Of a stretch of 64,000 nucleotides of DNA, positions 56,096 to 64,000 are shown in pieces. The notes beneath the pieces were generated by a model. The model searched no databases, was not told the origin of the DNA, and worked only from the letters and a program-made list of their open reading frames with translations. Origin of the DNA: the human T2T-CHM13v2.0 reference genome, Homo sapiens; the NCBI RefSeq assembly GCF_009914755.1, contig NC_060939.1; one strand, written 5' to 3'. Position 1 is the stretch's first letter; every line of letters starts with the position of its first letter. The position numbers and the translations under genes were made by a program.

Positions 56096-58632
56096 CTTTA
56101 CTCCTACAGATTTTTTTCCAAAGGGGAAAAATAATTGAATAAACCAAACAAGAGAGAAAATTCAAACCTGAGGGGAATAATTTTTCCATAAAAGAAAAGC
56201 CCTTTTAAAAACGAAAAGTTTAAAAAGTTAGTCATTTCCAATCCATTTTTTCCTTCCGTTACACAGCCATTGTGCCTAATCCCTCATTTCCAAAACGTGG
56301 TTGCTGAAAAGCATGACACCTGCAGCTAAAGTTAGGTTCCTAAGCACTTCTCAGAAGACAGTCTGATTTGTTAGGTCTGGAGCAGGACCCAGGAACATGC
56401 ACTTGGGAACCATGGGCCTAACTGGACTGGGAGGAAGTGAAGAGGAAGCCCAAGGGAGGTGTGAATCTGAGTGAATCTCCAAGCTCCTCCCCTTGAAATG
56501 AGGGTACACATCAATCAACTAGATAGGTAATTGAGAAAGCATCTTGAAATTAGATTGAAATAAGAAGTGTTCTCGGTAAGCAATATAATCCCGAAATTCA
56601 GCAGTCTAGCCTTGCATGCTGTATTGGCCAGGGTAGGCTGATACAACAAATAAACTCTGAAATCTCAGGGGTTTCACATCAACCAGTTTTCTCACCTCAC
56701 AGTCCAGAACTTCTCAGCAGACAGCCCCAGCCCCACCCACCATGCAGAGACTCACGTTTCCCTTTCTTTGCTGTGTCCAGCCATTGGGGAAGGGAGGACA
56801 AGAGGGTTCCTTGTGGAAGCAGTGTGTGGGCTAGGCCTGAAAAGGCAACTTTTCATCAGCCAGAACCGAGGAGGCTGTGTCCACAGTCACTCCTGGCTCA
56901 CTGCAGAGGAGGCTGGAAAACAGCATCCCCAGGAAGAAGAGAACATGGATTTTGGTGAGCGAAGGCCCCTGCCATGCAGGTGCACAGAATTAAAGGGTGA
57001 ACCTCTGCAATTCAAATGTCAGAAGGCCATATCAGAAATCGCTGTAGATCATATGCACACTGCCTGGTCTCTGGGGGACCCGCAGCATCACAGTGCCTGA
57101 CATTGGAAATGCAGACTGGGCTCATCCAGATGCACTGAAGTCGATTGACATTTGCAGTTACATTAAAATGTGAGAGGCACTGCTTGTGCCAATTTAAAAT
57201 TGTCTTCAAATAGTTTTAGTCTTAGGGTAACTTTCAAGGTCAGTGGAAATAAAAAGACTCCAATTTGATTAACATTTGACAGACATTTCCATGCATGTCA
57301 CCTCAAATTTAACAGTGATTAAAATAATGATTTCGTAGCACGATGACACATTTCAAATTCAGATCCCCTGGTTCCTGTATATATCTTAAGTTCCAAGTCC
57401 TAAGAACTATCCTGAAAATTCTGTAAGCACACAAGGAATACATAAACCTCAGAATGCATATAAAACAGCCCTGTTTACAGATAATTGAGGCTGTTTGAGA
57501 TGAAATTCAGATCAAACTCAGCACTTGCATCACCTGCACCAATACATTAGGAAGCCCAGGCAGTAACTTACATTGATGATTGATTGGGTAAAAGTCCAGG
57601 GTTACTAAGAGATCTGAGCACCTGTGAGTGTGGGCCTAATCTGATTTTCATTCACAAACCAAGCTCTGTTAGGCAGCATTGGCAGGACTGAGGATCCACA
57701 TTATTTCTCTAGGGAAAACCTTTCCATCTGTCAAACAACGAGCTCACTGACAAACTCACTACCACCGGATCCACAAGACACAGAACATCTTGTGCTCCAC
57801 ACGGGAGGCACGGGGGGAAATTATCCCAGAAGATAACAGAAGGGTGTTCTGGAACTTCAAATAATTTCCCCAGAGCAGGTTGCTTTTTGCCTTATTTCTA
57901 AATTATCCACCAAACATATTCTCTAGAAAAAACAAAATTTCATACCTTGGTTATTGTAATTCTCCCTTAAAAACAAATGGGACAGAAAGAAGTCCCACAC
58001 GGCCGGAGCACAAGTAGTTGCAACAGATAATAAACTCTTCCGGGCTTAAGATCCGTATCAATGGAATCAGTTTTATGATTCTCAGTGCCTCCTTTCCTAC
58101 TTGTTTTATTTGTGAACCATCAGGAAAGTAAACACGAGGAGGAAAAAAAATGGAAATTCATATTAAAACTCAACCCAGCTAGGGCTAATAACACACACCA
58201 TGACCCCAGGACAAGGGTGCTCAGGGCCTCAATAAAGCTAATGTCTTCGATGTGGGGATGCCAGGTATGTCGCTGAGCTCTCAGAAATCTTGAGCAAAAA
58301 TCATATTGCATTTAGAACACATCTGACCTGCACTGTTATGAGCCCAAACTTGTCACTGGTTCACGGGTGCTCCATGGGTAATGAGAAACAGACTAGCTGA
58401 TCTCATTCCAAACCTCCTGCAAGCTAGATGCAAAGAGGCATGTAAATATTAACTAGGTGAAATATCTAAATGATGTTTCACCTAGAAACATCATTTAGTG
58501 TTTTTCATTTGTTGGGGGAAGTTCCCGTAGAATACTTTTATAATGGATATTATACATTGGTGAAATTTTGGCTTCACTCTGTACAAATGAGATTAGGATT
58601 TCTCTAATAAATGAAGAGGCATACAGATATTT

Positions 58633-58940
58633 AGCCTGGGCGTGGTGGCTTATGGCTACAATCTCAGCACTTTGGGAGGTCAAGAGGGGAGAATTGTTTG
58701 AGGCCAGGAGTTCAAGACCAGCCTGGGCAACATAGGGAGAACCTGTCTCTACAAAAATAAAAATAAAAAAGTCAGCCTGATGTGGTGGTGCACACCTATA
58801 GTCCCAGCTGCTCAGGAGGGTGAGGCAGGAGGCTCACTTGAGCACAGAAGTTTGAGGCTGTAGTGAGCTAAGAAGGTACCACTGCTCTCTAGCCTGGGCC
58901 ACAAAGCAAGGCTCCGTCTCTAAAACATAAATAAATAATA
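58633..58940 (+). mobile_element. AluJ
   Basis: tttgaggccaggagttcaagaccagcctgggcaacatag and tttgaggctgtagtgagcta. Confidence 0.93.
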
Positions 58941-59739
58941 TATTTAGACATATATAAGAGAAGAGAAAGATGCTGAGAGCTGAGAGTTCCATACTTTTCA
59001 AACTGTGTGGGGAGCATCAGGGAATTTGCACCAGTAGCTGCCTCCGCCTGAGGAGCTTTGCTAAGGATTTAATGGATATGCTCCTTTATAGGATTGGAAA
59101 ACTGAACAGAGAAGGGTTGGGAACCGTGAATGCTATTTAAGTTGGCCTCTCTGTCCTTCTGTCAATGTGATGAATGGGCATGGTAACGGAGAAACCCTGG
59201 ATGACAAGAGGTAACGCATGTTGGGTCAACAGGACAGGGCCTCACACACAGAAAGCACACCATGCACGTTGGACACCACTGTTACTGCCCCACCATTGTT
59301 GATTGACAGGGCTTGGCGGTGTTCCAGAGGAAACACACCTTCCCCGGGAGTGTGACTCCAGGGCATGTACCTGACACCTTTGGTACTTTTCTTGGTTCTT
59401 TTCACTTTTCTCTCCAAATGTAAAGGTTGGCTGTAGCAAACTCAGACACTAGGTAAAATATACTAGGCACAGAGTTTAGAAATACTAAATTCCTTCACTC
59501 ATGAAATATTCTATGGAGTTGTCTCATGAAAAAACACACATGCACACACATACATATGGGTGCACACACACGTTTACACACACATACACCTTAAGAAGAA
59601 TTTTCCCTTCTTTTTGCTTTTCACTTGATGACTGAGTGGTGGAATTTAAACACTGAGGACACCTGAGAACTGCAAAAGAACTGTGGACACATAGTGACTC
59701 CATCCAAACCTCTGCACGAAACCATTTCACCAAACACCG

Positions 59740-60270
59740 GCATGGCTTTCAGCAGCATGAGGCTATGTCCCTGGGATGTTCACAACCCCCCGGCCTTAAA
59801 ATACCTGCAAGTGAAAACTCAATGCTTCCAGCATTTACTTGTCCCAACAAAGTTTAGTATTTGTTCCAACCAAAACCTAGTGATAGGCAAGAGGCCACTA
59901 AACCTCACCATAGGGCAGTTACTTTAGAAAGCTTGCAATTATACATTCTTCATCTGCCCTTGAGAATGTAAATCTTCTATCACCCAGAACTGTCTCTACA
60001 AGGACCTGGAAGACATCTCTTTGAAATGGCAACTTCCAAGGTAATCCCTTTGCCCTGGCTTTGCTCCCAGTCACCGGGGGAAAGGACGGCCTGATGGCTG
60101 AGTGGGGGAGAGGACAGCCCTCCCTCTAACCTGCCTCACTGCCTCCTGTCAGGAAGACAGGAGGAGTTTGCTTCTCCTCCAGATGAGCCCCAATTAGCAT
60201 GCCCAGGTGGCCTAGACACATGGACCAACCCTCCTTAACACCCTCAGTGCCTTTCCCTGAGTACAGCCTT
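59740..60270. mobile_element. Possible old ERV1 LTR fragment
   Basis: tgtaaatcttcta...caaggacctggaagacatctctttgaaatg resembles MER31/MER67-like LTRs; boundaries are vague. Confidence 0.4.
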
Positions 60271-60345
60271 TATGTAGATAATGCCAGTTGTGGGAAGGCA
60301 GGACCTGGGACTAGCAAGTAGCTGCTGATGGATGAATGAATGTAG

Positions 60346-60767
60346 CGATATGGTTTGGATCTGTGTCCCCATCAAATCTCATGTCACATTGTAATCCCCA
60401 GGGTTGGAGGTGAGACAGGTGGGAGGTGATTGGATCATGGGGGCAGAGTTCTCATGAGAGGGCTAGCACCATCTCCTAGGTGCTGTTCTCGTGACCGTGA
60501 CTGAGTGAGTTTTCATGAGATCTGCTTGTTTAAAGGTGTGCGGCACCAGCCGCCTCTCTCTCTCTTCCTCCTACTCCAGCCATGTGAAGTGCTGGCTCCC
60601 TCTTCATCTTTCACCAAGACTGTAAGTTTCCTGAGGCTTCCCCAGAAGCAGAAGCCACGATGCTTCCTGCATAGCCTGCAGAACCGTGAGCCAATTAAAC
60701 CCCTTTTCCTTATAAATTACCCAGTCTCAGGCATTTCTTTATAGCAATGCAAGAATGGACTAATACA
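60346..60767 (+). mobile_element. MSTA-like (MaLR) solo LTR
   Basis: gatatggtttggatctgtgtcccc start; gagccaattaaacc and atagcaatgcaagaatggactaataca end. Confidence 0.92.
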
Positions 60768-61159
60768 TATGTCAATCAGCATTGCTCATTGCCCCAGATC
60801 CAAGCCAGCAGGCCTGAAGTGAAACCTCACATTTATAGGGAAGGTCCCTTGACTTTTTCTCATCACAGGTGCCCAGGCTGGGCTAAGTTCTTATTACAAG
60901 TCCTCCACACCACCATTCCCCTTCCATGGAAGCCATTCATTCATGATTATATGTTGTTGTTTATTTCCCCCATAAGACTGTTGGTGCTGTTCCCTGACTT
61001 AAAAATATGTGTGCAGGCCAGAGAATAGTTCAATAGTTCCAGGAAAAAAATTGAAGCAACATATGGGTGAACCCTACCTTTGAGAAAGTCAGTTTTTATA
61101 AGACTGTGAGATAATAATAAGCAACCTATTTGTAGTCTTTACTTTTTAAAATGCTTCCC

Positions 61160-61640
61160 TATACACCATGGTCATAGTGGCGATATTCACAATAACCAAA
61201 AGGTAGAACAATCCAAGTGTCAATCAGTGAATGAATGGTTGAACAAGATGTGGTATATATATATACAGTGGAATCGGATTCAGCTGCCAAGAGGAAGGAA
61301 ATTCTGACATGTGCTACTACATGGATGAAACTTGAAAACATGATGCTAAGTGAAAGAATCCAGTTATGAAAGGGCTATTCCTGTATGATTCCACTTATGT
61401 GAGGTCCCTAGAGTGGCCCAATTCATAGACAGAGAAAGTAACATTCAGATTACCAGGGGCTGGGGAGTTAGTGGTACAGAGTTTTCGTTTTGCAAGATGA
61501 AAAGAGTTACGGAGATCGGCTGCACAACAATGTCAACACTACTGAACTGTACACTTACAAATGGTGAAGATGGTACATTTTAGGCTTTGTATATTTTACC
61601 ATGATTTTTTAAAGACCAAAATAAATAAGTAAATAAAATG
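61160..61640 (+). mobile_element. L1MB-like 3' end
   Basis: tattcacaataaccaaaaggtagaacaatccaagtgtc...gtatgattccacttatgtgagg...actactgaactgtacactt. Confidence 0.88.
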
Positions 61641-63819
61641 TTTCCCTGCATTAGCTGATTTGTACCATGCACCAACTTGGATAGGTTAGGAAGCAGCAAC
61701 AGAAGATCCTCTCTCCTACTCAGGCAGCTCTCCCAGTCAGGCCCACCACGGCCTCTGTACATGTCCACACGTGGGAACACCTCTGCCACCACCGGCCACA
61801 CTGCTCCAGTGCTGGGATCAAGGAAAAGCAGGGTTGTTTCGTAGACATCACTGACTCCTCAGGACCTCTCACAGTATAGGTACAGGTCTGGCTCTGCATA
61901 AATGTGTGCTGAATAAGTGATGGATCCCAATGTTATGCATGGGGCAACTCAGCCAAGGAGTTGCTTGATTTTTTAAAGACCATGTGGCTTTAAAGCTCAG
62001 TGGCTTACCTGAGCCTGCTCAGCTAGTCAGAGGGTCAGAGCTCACACTTCTTTCCTTTGCCTCCAAAATATAAACTAGATAAATCAAGGAGAAAAAATTA
62101 TGTTCGTACAGATGGAGCTCATGGCACTTTCTAACACTTGTCCAAGTTTTTTACACAAGCTTCAGGAGTGTATTAAAAATACATCATCTAATTCAAGAAA
62201 AATGAGAATGAAAATTCATATTCCTACCTAGTTTGAGGTATGAAAAGGTAGTACCCCTGTATTATTTATATCATTCTTTAATATCTCTCAGTTCTGATTC
62301 TGAGAGATCAGACTGTCATCCCTCAGACAGTGATGGGAACAACCCCAGGCAGCTGGTCCCCTGAAATCACCCTCAAGACTCATAAAGCCAAGGCCCTCCA
62401 GCAGCTGTGTGTGAATCACGCCAGCACTGCAGCAACCTTACATGAGGTGCACTGCTTTAACCTCCAAGACTCAATTCACAGAGACCACCTAGAACGCAGA
62501 AGACTGGCAGGAGCTCCCTTAGAAAACATGTGCAGCTCTCTTCTGTGAGCACACCGAGGAGGTGGGACAGCTCTGCGTGCCAGAGCTGTCCAGCCTGACC
62601 GCAGGTCTGAGAGAATGCACTTAGAGAGATGCTTCAGGGATGAGAAGGAAGACAGTTCACTGCACCAGGGGCCCTGAGACCACAGTGCATCCTCCTTGTG
62701 GCAGGATCCCAGGAACAGCACCTGGCACAACCGCAGCACCCAATACCTTGAGTGAGTAGAAGCTTGAGTGGATGAGTCCATCAAGATCAAAGCCTCTGAT
62801 CTGGACGTCCTGCTTCTTCCCAACAACTGCACCTATACACTTTTGGAAGCAAGACTCAAAGGTGGAGAGCACTGTTTTCTGTGGAAATGGTGAATGTTCT
62901 TTTTCAAAGGTGTCCCTTGGGTACATCCCATAAATACATGCACAGCAGTCCTAGACGGATGCTACTTAAGAGAATGGGGTCTTTATGAAGAAGGCTTAGG
63001 AGAAAGGCAAAGTGGACATAAAACTGATTTTGTGGGTCTTATTTGCAGAAGGAGAAAAGGATCTGGGGAGTCCGGTTATTTTCCTAGTGTACTGGCAGTT
63101 TCACATACCCCGGAAATGGGGGAATGACACATCTGCCAGCTCTCCCCGTTTGCTCTTGCCCTGACCTGGAGGCAGGTGTGCAAAGCAGAGCAGGTGTGAG
63201 TGGACAACGTGCACCCCCTTGTCTTCCACTATGATAACTCTACTCACAGAGCAGCCATTGGCGGCCTCTTCTGACTGATTCTGAAGGATGGAGACCTCAA
63301 AATTCAGCTTAAGCCACTAAGCATAATTTGTATTTTGGAAATACTTCGTCTAAGACTTGTGACTAACAATCCCCCCTCAAGATCTCTTATTGGGTCCCCT
63401 GAAACCCTGAATGTCACCAGAGCTGCCTGGAGGACCCTAGGAATAGTCACAGGTATCACTCGCCTCTTGCCCTTAGCCTCAACCTTTCTCAGAAAACTTA
63501 GGTAAATAGGGAGGCTCAGTAAATGACACAGGATGAAAAATGGCTATTACTTCTGAGTCTTCTGAAAGTAGAAGATGCCACATCCAATGTGTCAAGACAT
63601 TTCTATCCTAGCTGCTGGGCCTGAACACCATCCTACCACAAAATACATGACATCCACACTCCCAAAGCCTTCCCAAAATACTTCACAGGGAAGGGAGTAA
63701 ATGGCACTGCACACTAGTGTTAAGTATACTGCATACACTCTGGCTCTTACTACTAATATAACAAAGAAGAAGTATGCATGAAGCTTTATTTGTACCCAAA
63801 AGTATTCATTTTCTAAATG

Positions 63820-64000
63820 TTTTAGTGTATTTTAGATGCAGTGGAGTACATGTGCATGTTTGTTACATGGATATACTGTGAAGTGGCGGGGATTAGCCTT
63901 TGAGTGTAGCCATTATCTAACTAGTAAACATTGTACCTGATAGGTAATTTCTCAGCCTCTGACCTCCTCCCGCCTCCCTGCTTCTGGAGTCCCCAGTGTC
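63820..64000 (-). mobile_element. L1PB-like 3' end, runs off the window
   Basis: gtacatgtgcatgtttgttacatggatatactg...aacattgtacctgataggtaattt...ggagtccccagtgtc. Confidence 0.85.

Overview
Mammalian (primate, human-like) genomic DNA containing the 3' end of GABRG3 (GABA-A receptor gamma-3 subunit; chr15q12 from recall) on the + strand. Four coding exons (28415-28567, 35876-36072, 36376-36435, 41042-41323) splice in frame to give the end of the extracellular domain, M1-M3, the M3-M4 loop and M4. The 60-nt exon is absent from the ORF track. Bases 1-28414 are intron. The last exon appears to run about 9 kb to a strong poly(A) signal (AATAAA at 50403) sitting directly after a dense CpG island. The rest is transposon-derived (15 Alus, old and younger L1 pieces, L2/MIR, MaLR/ERV LTRs) plus a 71-bp minisatellite. 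I see no new protein-coding or multi-gene system, and the remaining ORFs look repeat-derived or spurious. The best leads are regulatory: the CpG island abutting the distal poly(A) site, an in-frame +18-nt alternative donor with RBFOX motifs at the 60-nt loop exon, a retroposed poly(A)-tailed LTR fragment just upstream of the last exon, a minisatellite carrying six MRE cores, and a zero-spacer inverted Alu pair. Repeat subfamily calls are by eye and approximate.
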